In this document: positions 36,019 through 45,125 of the stretch, piece by piece
How the letters are laid out: the number at the start of each line of letters is the position of its first letter
How positions within the stretch are numbered: the first letter of the stretch is position 1
Origin: an uncultured Pseudomonadales bacterium
GTDB lineage: Bacteria; Pseudomonadota; Gammaproteobacteria; Pseudomonadales; UBA7239
Direction of reading: 5' to 3'
Length of the DNA stretch: 64,000 nucleotides
NCBI GenBank assembly: GCA_964403125.1
Contig: CAYOEO010000002.1
Location: 632-64,631, forward strand
Position numbers and translations under genes: made by a program
Notes under the pieces: generated by a model
Told to the model about the DNA's origin: nothing
The model's database searches: none
What the model saw: the letters and a program-made list of their open reading frames with translations, nothing else

Positions 36019-37122
36019 TTACAAGCGCTGAGTGCGCAGTTGTTGTAAACCTTCGCTGGATGCAGCAAAAATACCGTACTCGGTGATTAAACCGCTGATC
36101 AAACGCGCAGGCGTTACATCAAATGCGTAATTGGCAGCGTGTACGTGTTCTGGTGTGATGCGGACGTGTTGCACCGCATGAGTGTTGGGATGCACACCTT
36201 GCACATGCGTCAATTCAAAACTGTCGCGTTCTTCGATAGGAATTTCACGCAGACCATCGCGCACGGTCCAATCAATGGTTGAAGTTGGCAGCGCAACATA
36301 AAACGGCACGCCGTTATCTTTTGCTGCCAGCGCTTTGAGATAAGTGCCAATTTTGTTGCACACATCGCCTTGCGCGGTGGTGCGATCGGTGCCGACGATG
36401 CACAAATCTACCAGATGATGCTGCATCAAATGACCGCCAGTGTTGTCGGTAATATAAGTGTGCGGCACACCCGCTTGCTGCAGTTCCCATGCCGTGAGCG
36501 CGCCTTGTAAACGTGGACGTGTTTCGTCAACCCACACATGCACGGGTATGCCTGCCAAATGTGCTTTGTAAATAGGTGCGAGCGCGGTTCCCCAATCGAC
36601 AGTGGCTATCCATCCCGCGTTGCAATGTGTCAGCATATTGACGGTCGGTGATTGTTGCAGCGCTAATTTTTTTTGATGAATCGCTTCAATTAACGCCAAG
36701 CCGTGATCGCCAATGGCCGAACAAACACTGACATCTTCCTCGCAAATTTTTTGTGCTTCAATTTTTGCGGATTCTGCCTTTTTTCCGAGCGGCGCAGAAG
36801 CAATGGCTGCACGCACGCGTTCCACTGCCCAACGCAAATTAATCGCCGTGGGGCGTGTGGCAATGAGTTGTAGTGCAGAGGATTCTTCGTGTTCAGGTGA
36901 ATCATCCGCGCGCAGCGCAAAATATAAACCAAAGGCGGCACAGGCGCCGATTAAAGGTGCGCCGCGCACTTGCATACTGGCGATAGCGTGGCAGACATCA
37001 CCCAAACTGTTCAGTTGCAAATGTTTGATTTCGTGCGGCAGCAGGGTTTGGTCAAAAATGATGGCGCTGTCGGTACTCGCATCGTGCCAAATGCTGCGGT
37101 AATAAGTGTCTTGGATGAACAT
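36019..37122 (-). CDS. mtnA: S-methyl-5-thioribose-1-phosphate isomerase
   Basis: DQTLLP, VRGAPLIG, TRPTAINL, THCNAG, DETRP, NKIGTY, FDVTP. Confidence 0.95.
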   Translation of the reverse strand: MFIQDTYYRSIWHDASTDSAIIFDQTLLPHEIKHLQLNSLGDVCHAIASMQVRGAPLIGACAAFGLYFALRADDSPEHEESSALQLIATRPTAINLRWAVERVRAAIASAPLGKKAESAKIEAQKICEEDVSVCSAIGDHGLALIEAIHQKKLALQQSPTVNMLTHCNAGWIATVDWGTALAPIYKAHLAGIPVHVWVDETRPRLQGALTAWELQQAGVPHTYITDNTGGHLMQHHLVDLCIVGTDRTTAQGDVCNKIGTYLKALAAKDNGVPFYVALPTSTIDWTVRDGLREIPIEERDSFELTHVQGVHPNTHAVQHVRITPEHVHAANYAFDVTPARLISGLITEYGIFAASSEGLQQLRTQRL

Positions 37123-37141
37123 GGCGTTGCCTAATGAAATA

Positions 37142-37585
37142 TCAGTAGCGGTCGAGGTCTTCTTCCACAACGGGAATGCTTTTTTGTGGCGTAGTGTTTT
37201 TAGCTGGCGCTGTGCCTTTGTTGGTAATCGGCGTGTTAGATGTCGCATCAACCTTGGCGTTTTTGTCGGCTTCGCACATTAAATAAAGGCGCACGTCCGT
37301 AATCGATTTACCGTGGCGAAATGAAAAAGCCGTTGTTTTTTCTGGTGCAATTGGTGTGTCTTTTCCTTTACTGGTTTCTTGTCGATTGGTAATCATCTTG
37401 GCATCGCAAATGACCGGTACGCGGTCGTGATTGATGGCGTACAACGTGGTTTCTATGTTGGTGCTTTCCACGTAGTAGCTGATGGTCATGCCTTCGAGCT
37501 GCGTAAATACTTGGTAGCGCGGGCCATCGGCAAAGACCGTGGTGCTGGCAAAAAAAACAAGGAGGGCAAGGAGAGTTTTGCGCAT
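37142..37585 (-). CDS. Hypothetical secreted protein (147 aa)
   Basis: Signal peptide MRKTLLALLVFFASTTVFA; two Cys; fills the gap. Confidence 0.75.
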   Translation of the reverse strand: MRKTLLALLVFFASTTVFADGPRYQVFTQLEGMTISYYVESTNIETTLYAINHDRVPVICDAKMITNRQETSKGKDTPIAPEKTTAFSFRHGKSITDVRLYLMCEADKNAKVDATSNTPITNKGTAPAKNTTPQKSIPVVEEDLDRY

Positions 37586-37791
37586 GGCGAGCGATCCTTG
37601 AGAGGGAAAATTACAGGGCGCTCAGTGTAAAGGTGAATGAAGTATTGACAAAGGTCAGTGTGTCGCGGGCTTTGCTGCTTACAATGGCAACTGGCACGGC
37701 AGTGCAGCGGATTGTCGCAGTGAGTATCGGTTGGCAATCTGTTTATAATGCGGCGCTTTGCCGGTTTCGAGATATTTTGCGTGGAGGCCTT

Positions 37792-37965
37792 ATGGCGTAC
37801 AGAAAGTTTGAATGTGTAATCTGTGGATTCATCTACGATGAAGAAAAAGGTCTGCCAGAAGAAGGTATTGCGCCTGGCACAAAATGGGAAGACGTGCCCG
37901 ATGATTGGGAATGCCCAGAGTGCGGCGTGAGCAAATACGATTTTGAAATGGTGCAAACTGCTTAA
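37792..37965 (+). CDS. rubA: Rubredoxin
   Basis: ATG after GGAGG; CVICGFIYD...WECPECG; 57 aa. Confidence 0.95.
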   Translation: MAYRKFECVICGFIYDEEKGLPEEGIAPGTKWEDVPDDWECPECGVSKYDFEMVQTA

Positions 37966-38015
37966 TCCCATTAGTAGGGCGTCAGTTTCTTGAGCGTCCT
38001 AATCGTACCGTGATG

Positions 38016-38044
38016 AGGGTCGCCGAGGGCGGCCTTTATTTTTT
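38016..38044 (+). terminator. Probable Rho-independent terminator after rubredoxin
   Basis: GGTCGCC-gag-GGCGGCC then TTTATTTTTT. Confidence 0.65.
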
Positions 38045-38082
38045 GTGCGTTGTTTAACGCATCAGCCCAGTAGGTTTCTTTA

Positions 38083-39315
38083 GTGCTATCCCTCAAAAGC
38101 CCTACCTCGCGCTGCCCTAATCCGCTGTCTTACTGGGTGCTGTTGCTGACGGTAACTTCGTACGGTGTCGTCAACAATGTGGTGTTCAGCCTGCTGCCAT
38201 TAATAGGCACCAGTCTTGGACTCACCACGCGCCAAATCACGTTGATTGGCAGTTGCGCGGCTCTGCTCGTGTTTTTGGTCAGCCCGTGGTGGGGCAGAAA
38301 AAGCGATCAGTGGGGACGCCGCACCTCTATTTTGATTGGAGTCGGTGGCTACTGTTTCTCTGCCCTGCTGTTAGTGTTGTTTTTTACGCTGAGCCAGATG
38401 CGTTTGATCGCGGTGGATATGCTGTACTACGGCGTTTTTGCCAGTCGCTTGCTGCAAGCCTTTTTGATTGCGGCGATGTTACCTGCCATCACCGCGTATG
38501 TCATTGACATCACCTTGCCTGACGAGCGCGCCGTGGGCTTGAGCCAGACGGGTGCTGCGCACGGTGTCGGTGCAATCGTGGGGCCTTCACTGGTGATGTT
38601 GGCGACATGGTCGCTGCTGTTGCCTTTGTACGCGGCGGTTGTGCTGGCGTTGTTCGTCGCCATTTTGGTGGCGAAATTTTTGGTCGAGCCATATCGCCAT
38701 ACCGCAGCAGCGAAGAGCAGTACGCCGTTGAAGAAGCTGAGTTATTTTGATGCGCGCTACCGAAACTTATTGTTGGTGGGTGTCATTGTGTATTTAGGTA
38801 TGGCGGTATCGACGCAGATGATGGGTTTTTATCTGCCCTATGTGATTCAAAAAGACGCCTTGGGTTCAGCGACAATGTTGGGTGTCGCGCAGGCATTGAT
38901 GGCAGGCGCGACGGTGTTTGGGCAATTGGTGTTGGTGCAGCGTTTGGGGTGGTCACCCGCACGCTTGCTGCAAGTAGGTATCCCCATGATGGCGATAGGT
39001 TTTGTGTGTTTGGCTGCTGCAACTGGCGCGATGCTTTTGTGTGTGGGCGTTGCGCTGCTGGGCTTGGGCTTGGGTGTCACGGGCCCTGGATTTTCTGCTG
39101 CTGTTTCGCTGAGCGTGGACGCCAACGAGCAAGGAGCGATTGCTGGTTTCCTCGCCGCCTGTCCTGCTTTGGGCTATGTAATCGGCCCTTTTGGGGCTGG
39201 CGTACTTTACGAGTGGTATCCCAGAGCGCCTTTTATTGTAGTAGTGATTTTGCTAGTTGGCGCTTGGGTGGCTCTGCAGTGGGATGTGCGCAGTAAAAAG
39301 TTATTAGAGGTTTAG
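38083..39315 (+). CDS. MFS transporter (DHA1/TetA-like)
   Basis: Motif A WGRKSDQWGRR; about 12 hydrophobic segments. Confidence 0.9.
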   Translation: MLSLKSPTSRCPNPLSYWVLLLTVTSYGVVNNVVFSLLPLIGTSLGLTTRQITLIGSCAALLVFLVSPWWGRKSDQWGRRTSILIGVGGYCFSALLLVLFFTLSQMRLIAVDMLYYGVFASRLLQAFLIAAMLPAITAYVIDITLPDERAVGLSQTGAAHGVGAIVGPSLVMLATWSLLLPLYAAVVLALFVAILVAKFLVEPYRHTAAAKSSTPLKKLSYFDARYRNLLLVGVIVYLGMAVSTQMMGFYLPYVIQKDALGSATMLGVAQALMAGATVFGQLVLVQRLGWSPARLLQVGIPMMAIGFVCLAAATGAMLLCVGVALLGLGLGVTGPGFSAAVSLSVDANEQGAIAGFLAACPALGYVIGPFGAGVLYEWYPRAPFIVVVILLVGAWVALQWDVRSKKLLEV

Positions 39316-39375
39316 CTGGTCTGTAATCGTCGCTGCGCGGTTTACCTATAGGATAGGTGCGGGTAAGATTCGTCA

Positions 39376-39408
39376 GTCTTGTTTTCGGAGGAAGGCTGAA
39401 AACAAGGC
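39376..39408. other. 13-bp stem-loop with AGGAAGG loop in a 240-bp intergenic region
   Basis: GTCTTGTTTTCGG-aggaagg-CTGAAAACAAGGC, with two G-U pairs. Confidence 0.55.
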
Positions 39409-39557
39409 GGTACCACCTTAGTAAGCTACGAAGATTGAGTTCCTCGCAAGTAGAAAGCCTCGCTAATAAAAAGCCCGTTTAAGGCTTTGTAGTGCCTGCT
39501 TCTGCTGGCACAGCTTTATGGTATGCCGTATTCGCTAGTTGTTGAGCGAGTGTAGGC

Positions 39558-40883
39558 ATGTTTTACGTAGATGATTCAGGGCACATCAGAATGAATAAAA
39601 AAATCACGTCCCTTGGACTGCTCGCAACATCTTTGCGCAGCGTAGCCATGGTCACTGTATTGCTGGCGACAGCCGTTTCTGCTTCAGCACAAGAAACGGC
39701 GGTGTCTGCACAAAATGCATCAACCAATAGCCAAGAACCTGCTATCAAAAGCGCCAAAGTGGCGCAGTCGTTGCTGCAAGACATCACGCGCATTGGTGAC
39801 CGCCTCGTGGTAGTGGGTGAGCGCGGACATATCGCCACCTCTGACGACAATGGCAAAACATGGCAGCAAGCCGAAGTGCCGACACGCGCCATGATGAATG
39901 CAGTATTTTTTATCTCGCCAACCCAAGGCTGGGCCGTGGGTCACGATGAATTGGTTCTGCACACGATCGATGCCGGTAGAACGTGGACGATTCAATTAGA
40001 CGGTTTGAAATTTACGCGCAAACGTATGGCGGACAGCATTCCTACACTGGAAGCTAAACTCAAAGAATTAGAAGCCAATAAAAAAGCAGCGGAAGATCAA
40101 TTGGATGGCTTGAAACCTGCTGATGATGGCGCGGCTGCCAGTGGCGGCGATGAAGATGGTGAGGCGGCTGATGGCGCGCACGATCAAGTTGAAAATATGG
40201 TGACAGAGCTGGATGACAAAATTGCCACCGCAGAAACAGATTTATCCGATGCCAAAGAAGCGTTGAGCAACACGGTAGCGAATCCTTTGATGGATGTGTG
40301 GTTCCGCGATGAACACACTGGCTACGCGGTTGGTGCTTTCGGCGAATTTATTATGACGACGGACGGCGGTACCACGTGGACCAGCATCGCTGATCGTTTG
40401 AATAATCCCGATAAAAACCATCTCAACGCTATCGTAGGTGACGCAAACGGTTTGATGTATATCGCTGGTGAAGCAGGGCATGTTTACCGCAGCACTAATG
40501 GCGGCACGAGCTGGACACAGTTGGAGTCGCCAGATCCAGAAAACGGCTCTTTCTTTGCTATCAATATCGTTTCTGCCAATGAAGTATTTATTGCTGGTTT
40601 GCGCGGCGTGATGTACCGCTCGTTAGATCGCGGCGAAAGCTGGAAGCAAATTACCGAAGAGATGCATAAAAACATTAATACTGTGTACTTCGTCGATAAA
40701 GACACGGTACTTGCGGTAGGCAATGACGGCTCATTTTTGAGAAGTCGCGACGGTGGACGCACCTTCCAACAATATTCTCGCAAAGACAGATTAACCGTTG
40801 CGTCGGTAACGGTTGCCGCAGACGGTAATTACATTCTTGTTGGCGCTGGCGGTGTAGAAATCGTGTCGCCTGCTAGTTTGTAA
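39558..40883 (+). CDS. YCF48-like/BNR beta-propeller periplasmic protein with helical insertion
   Basis: Signal peptide; repeated S/T-D-x-G-x-T-W (SDDNGKTW, TIDAGRTW, TTDGGTTW, STNGGTSW, SLDRGESW, SRDGGRTF); start 39558 or 39591. Confidence 0.88.
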   Translation: MFYVDDSGHIRMNKKITSLGLLATSLRSVAMVTVLLATAVSASAQETAVSAQNASTNSQEPAIKSAKVAQSLLQDITRIGDRLVVVGERGHIATSDDNGKTWQQAEVPTRAMMNAVFFISPTQGWAVGHDELVLHTIDAGRTWTIQLDGLKFTRKRMADSIPTLEAKLKELEANKKAAEDQLDGLKPADDGAAASGGDEDGEAADGAHDQVENMVTELDDKIATAETDLSDAKEALSNTVANPLMDVWFRDEHTGYAVGAFGEFIMTTDGGTTWTSIADRLNNPDKNHLNAIVGDANGLMYIAGEAGHVYRSTNGGTSWTQLESPDPENGSFFAINIVSANEVFIAGLRGVMYRSLDRGESWKQITEEMHKNINTVYFVDKDTVLAVGNDGSFLRSRDGGRTFQQYSRKDRLTVASVTVAADGNYILVGAGGVEIVSPASL

Positions 40884-40942
40884 ACAGTGTTTCCATTTTG
40901 AAATCAAACAGAACAATAACTTTAAGCTAGAGGTTGAGCAGT

Positions 40943-43402
40943 ATGGCTGGAGCAGCGCGTCAATACGGTGAGCCGTACCGTTACGGTGACGAAGAAAAAA
41001 GAATGGAGAAGTTGATTTTTAATCATCGCCCCATTTGGCTGGTGATTATTGCAGTGTTGACGCTGTATTTTGGTTATGAAATGACCAAAATTAAGATTGA
41101 TGCGCGCTTTGAGAAAATGCTGCCCATGCAGCATGAGTATCTGAAAAATATGTTCAGTCGTCTTGATGATTTAACGCAGAAAGGCCTGTCTTTTAAAATC
41201 GCTATCGAAAACACGCAGGGCGATATTTTTGATAAAGAGTATTTGCAAGTTGTGCAAAACGTGCACGACAAAGTATTCAATATCAACGGCGTTGACCGCA
41301 CCTCATTGCGCTCTATGTGGGCACCTTCAGTGCGTTGGCAGGCGGTAACGCCGCAAGGTTTTGATGGGGATCGTCTCATTCCTGGTGAATACGATGGCAG
41401 TCCAGAAAGTTTAGAGCGCGTTAAATTAAACGTGTTTCGTTCAACAGAAATTGGACGTTTGATTTCAGATAATTTCAAATCGTCTATAGTTGAGGCGTAT
41501 GTTTTCTCAACGTATCCCAATGATGATGATCGCGGTCATAAAGCCGGCGACACGATTGATTTCCAAGATCTAGGTAATATTTTAGAAGACATTCGCGCGG
41601 ATGTTAACAAGAAATACAACGGTAAATATCGCGTTTACATCATTGGCGAACCCAAAATGATCGGTGATTTCATCACCGGCTCTAGCCAGATAGTTTTGTT
41701 CGGCGGTATCGCGCTCGTTATTACCATCATTCTTTTGTATTTGTATGCGCGTTGCTGGCGTGCAGCTTTGATGCCGTTGTTTACATCAGTCATTGCTGTG
41801 GTTTGGATGCTCGGTATTTTGAGTGTGATGTCACATTTCAACGTGCCCTACGGCAACGTGCCGGTGAAAGTGAACGGCGTTATGGAAAACGTCGAAGTGT
41901 TTTCCGGTATTGGTTTGTTCTCCATGTTGGTGCCATTTTTGTTGGTAGCAATCGGCGTAAGTCACAGCGTGCAGTACGTGAATGCCATGGCGGTGGAAAT
42001 GGCGCATGGACACAACAAACTGCAAGCAAGCCGTCGCGCTTTCCGAACCAACTATTTGCCAGGCATCACCGCGTTGCTGACTAACGCTTTTAGCTTTTTG
42101 ACCATGGTGTTGATTCCTATTTCAGCGATTAAAGAATTGGCGTTTACCGCGTGTATTGGTACGGCTGTATTGATCGTATTGAAACTGATGTTGCTGCCGA
42201 TACTGCTGTCTTATTCCGGTATTACTCCATCGGGCATCAGGCACATGCAGTTGAGTGAAGAAAAGGATTCACCCATCTGGCTTTTCTTGGCGAGGTTCAC
42301 GGAATCGCGCTGGGCAATTGTTGCTTTGATTTTTGCTGGCGCACTGGCGGTCTACAGTGTGTATGAAAGACAATTTCTCAAAATTGGTGATATCGCTGAA
42401 GGTTCGCCAGAGTTGCGCCCTGATTCCACCTACAACAAGGATGTGAAATTTATTACATCAAACTATGCCACGAGTTCTGATTTGTTTGTGGTGATGGTGA
42501 CCACAGTGCCGGGTGAGTGCTTCAAGCAAAAAAACATGGAAGCGATGGATGATTTGGAGTGGGCGCTTAACAACACCGAAGGTGTGCAAGCAACAGCATC
42601 AGCAGCATTTGTGGCAAAAAACTTTATCGCTGGTTTGACGGAGGGTCATATCAAATGGATGACGCTGGGGCGCAACCAAGAAGCGATTGATGGCTCATTC
42701 AATATCACCGCAGATATGGGCTTGGTGAACGAGAAATGCAGCTTTGCTCCGGTGGTTGCGTTCTTGAAAGATCACAAAGCAGAAACGCTTGATCGTGTTG
42801 CTAAAGTTGTAAAAGCTTTTGCGGATCAGCACAACACGGCGGATATTAAATTCCTTTTAGCGACAGGTAATGCAGGTATTGCTGCGGCGGTCAACCAAGA
42901 AATTCATTCAGCGCAGAACAAAATGTTGTGGTTGGTGTACGCCGTAGTTGCCGCGTTGGTGTTCTTCACTTTCCCCTCTATCAAAGCGATGCTTTGTATT
43001 TTGGGTCCATTGGCACTGACATCTATTTTGTGTGAAGCCTTGATGGCGAAGCTGGGCATCGGTGTCAAAGTGGCAACATTGCCCGTTATTACTTTGGGTG
43101 TTGGTGTCGGTGTGGATTACGGGATTTATATTTACAGTCGCATGGAAAGTTATTTCAAAGAAGGCAAATCACTGCGCGACTCTTATTTGTTGACACTAAA
43201 AACGACAGGCAAAGCGGTGAGCTTCACTGGTTTGACTTTGGCGTTTGGTGTAGCAACGTGGTATTGGTCCGCTATTCAATTCCAAAAAGACATGGGTATT
43301 TTGTTGGTGTTCATGTTCCTTTGGAACATGGCCGGTGCATTGACACTACTCCCTGCCTTGGCGCATTTCTTATTGCCCAAAGGCGGGAAAGCTGCGACCT
43401 AA
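40943..43402 (+). CDS. RND superfamily (MMPL/HAE-like) transporter
   Basis: Two periplasmic loops with two TM bundles; AIGVSHSVQ and GVGVDYGIY motifs; start 40943 or 41003. Confidence 0.9.
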   Translation: MAGAARQYGEPYRYGDEEKRMEKLIFNHRPIWLVIIAVLTLYFGYEMTKIKIDARFEKMLPMQHEYLKNMFSRLDDLTQKGLSFKIAIENTQGDIFDKEYLQVVQNVHDKVFNINGVDRTSLRSMWAPSVRWQAVTPQGFDGDRLIPGEYDGSPESLERVKLNVFRSTEIGRLISDNFKSSIVEAYVFSTYPNDDDRGHKAGDTIDFQDLGNILEDIRADVNKKYNGKYRVYIIGEPKMIGDFITGSSQIVLFGGIALVITIILLYLYARCWRAALMPLFTSVIAVVWMLGILSVMSHFNVPYGNVPVKVNGVMENVEVFSGIGLFSMLVPFLLVAIGVSHSVQYVNAMAVEMAHGHNKLQASRRAFRTNYLPGITALLTNAFSFLTMVLIPISAIKELAFTACIGTAVLIVLKLMLLPILLSYSGITPSGIRHMQLSEEKDSPIWLFLARFTESRWAIVALIFAGALAVYSVYERQFLKIGDIAEGSPELRPDSTYNKDVKFITSNYATSSDLFVVMVTTVPGECFKQKNMEAMDDLEWALNNTEGVQATASAAFVAKNFIAGLTEGHIKWMTLGRNQEAIDGSFNITADMGLVNEKCSFAPVVAFLKDHKAETLDRVAKVVKAFADQHNTADIKFLLATGNAGIAAAVNQEIHSAQNKMLWLVYAVVAALVFFTFPSIKAMLCILGPLALTSILCEALMAKLGIGVKVATLPVITLGVGVGVDYGIYIYSRMESYFKEGKSLRDSYLLTLKTTGKAVSFTGLTLAFGVATWYWSAIQFQKDMGILLVFMFLWNMAGALTLLPALAHFLLPKGGKAAT

Positions 43403-43431
43403 TGCTGTTTTGATGCCGTGTAAAAATGACT

Positions 43432-43459
43432 AAAGCCCGTGGTTTGCACGGGCTTTTTA
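43432..43459 (+). terminator. Rho-independent terminator after RND gene
   Basis: AAAGCCCGTG-gtttg-CACGGGCTTT-TT. Confidence 0.85.
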
Positions 43460-43502
43460 TTTGCAACGATTTTTAATTTTGCTTGAGAAAAAAGGAGTCA
43501 TT

Positions 43503-45107
43503 ATGTTTGACTATATTGTGATTGGTGCCGGGTCGGCGGGTTGTGTGTTGGCGGCGCGTTTATCTGAAAACGCACAACATTCTGTGCTGTTGTTAGAAGC
43601 GGGCCCTAAAGACAATAACCCGATGGTGCATATGCCAGGTGGTGCAGCGGAAGTATTAAAAAGTAACAAAATGAATTGGCAGATGTACACCGTGCCGCAA
43701 AAAGCGTTGAACAATCGAAAAATTTATGTGCCTCGCGGCAAATTATTGGGCGGCTCTAGCAGCTTGAATGGCATGGTTTACATTCGCGGACACCAATGGG
43801 ATTACGATCATTGGAGTGAACTGGGTAATGCCGGTTGGTCTTATAACGAAGTGCTGCCTTACTTCAAACGCTCAGAAGACAATGTGCGCGGCGAATCGCG
43901 TTATCACGGCGTTGGCGGTGGCTTAAAAGTTTCTGACGCACCTTGCGACAATATTTTGTATGACAAATTTATTGCAGCCGGTTTGGAATTGGGTTATTCC
44001 CCTACAGATGATTTTAATGGTGCACAGCAAGAAGGTTTTGCACGCTATCAAGCAACTTTGCGCAACGGGAAACGCTCTAGCTCGGCGGTGGCGTTTCTTA
44101 CGCCAGAAGTCCGTAAACGCCCCAACTTAACTATCGTCACCGGCGCACACGTCACACGTATTTTGCTGGATGGCAGTCGCGCAACAGGTGTGGAATACAA
44201 GCAGGGCAGCAAATCGCGTTTGGTGGAGGCAAAACTGGAAATCGTGCTGTCAGCCGGCGCCATCAAATCTCCGCATATTTTGCAAACTTCAGGTATTGGG
44301 CGAAAAGAAGATTTGGAGCGCGCTGGTATTAAGGTACTGAAAGACTTGCCCGGTGTCGGTCACAACTTGCAAGAGCATTTGGATATTTTGGTCAACTACA
44401 CTTGCACCAAGCCGATCACTATGAATGCTGCCGCAACACAAATTCCACTGCAAATTAAAACAGCATTTGAATATTTTGTGCTCGGCAAAGGTATCGCTGC
44501 TTGCAACATGATTGAAGCGGGCGGCTTCGTAAAATCATCTGCTGATTTGGCGATTCCCGATATTCAGTTGCACTTTATTCCTATTTTGATGCACGGCTTG
44601 ATTGATCCGATTCCGAAGCAGCACGGCATGTCTATTCACGCCTGTCAGTTGCGCCCACAAAGCCGTGGTTCTGTTACACCCGCTAGCGCCGATCCATTTG
44701 CATCGCCGTTGGTGGATTTTAATTTTCTCGATAACGAGCACGATTGGAAAGTCATCCAGCGCAGCTATGAAATTGTGCGTGATATTGCACAGGCTAAAGC
44801 CTGGGATGGTTTGATGGGTGAGCCGTCGCGCCCTGATAAACATTTAACGGATGAAGGCAGAATTCGTGAATTTTTGCGTCAGGTGTGTGAAACGGTTTAT
44901 CACCCCGTTGGTACCTGCAAAATGGGTTCTGATGAACAGGCTGTTGTCGATAATGAATTGCGTGTTCACGGCATTGAAGGTTTGCGCGTTGCCGATGCTT
45001 CCATCATGCCAACATTAATTGGCGGCAACACTAATGCACCTTGCATGATGATCGGTGAAAAATGTTCCGATCTCCTCCTTGGTCGCAAATTACCTGCTGA
45101 GGCTTAA
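43503..45107 (+). CDS. GMC family FAD oxidoreductase (AlkJ/choline dehydrogenase-like)
   Basis: DYIVIGAGSAGC, RGKLLGGSSSLNGMVYIRG, YHPVGTCKMG, GNTNAP. Confidence 0.93.
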   Translation: MFDYIVIGAGSAGCVLAARLSENAQHSVLLLEAGPKDNNPMVHMPGGAAEVLKSNKMNWQMYTVPQKALNNRKIYVPRGKLLGGSSSLNGMVYIRGHQWDYDHWSELGNAGWSYNEVLPYFKRSEDNVRGESRYHGVGGGLKVSDAPCDNILYDKFIAAGLELGYSPTDDFNGAQQEGFARYQATLRNGKRSSSAVAFLTPEVRKRPNLTIVTGAHVTRILLDGSRATGVEYKQGSKSRLVEAKLEIVLSAGAIKSPHILQTSGIGRKEDLERAGIKVLKDLPGVGHNLQEHLDILVNYTCTKPITMNAAATQIPLQIKTAFEYFVLGKGIAACNMIEAGGFVKSSADLAIPDIQLHFIPILMHGLIDPIPKQHGMSIHACQLRPQSRGSVTPASADPFASPLVDFNFLDNEHDWKVIQRSYEIVRDIAQAKAWDGLMGEPSRPDKHLTDEGRIREFLRQVCETVYHPVGTCKMGSDEQAVVDNELRVHGIEGLRVADASIMPTLIGGNTNAPCMMIGEKCSDLLLGRKLPAEA

Positions 45108-45125
45108 TGCGCTAGGTATTGATGT

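Noticed and set aside
37123-37251. Upstream extension of mtnA in the ORF track
   Set aside because: It overlaps the 37142-37585 gene; ATG at 37122 gives a normal MtnA start
37633-37791. Rubredoxin with a 53-aa N-terminal extension
   Set aside because: Strong GGAGG RBS before ATG 37792; upstream is the divergent promoter region
43503-45107. Assigning the GMC enzyme as betA choline dehydrogenase
   Set aside because: No betB/betI/betT nearby and the context is lipid uptake; substrate left open
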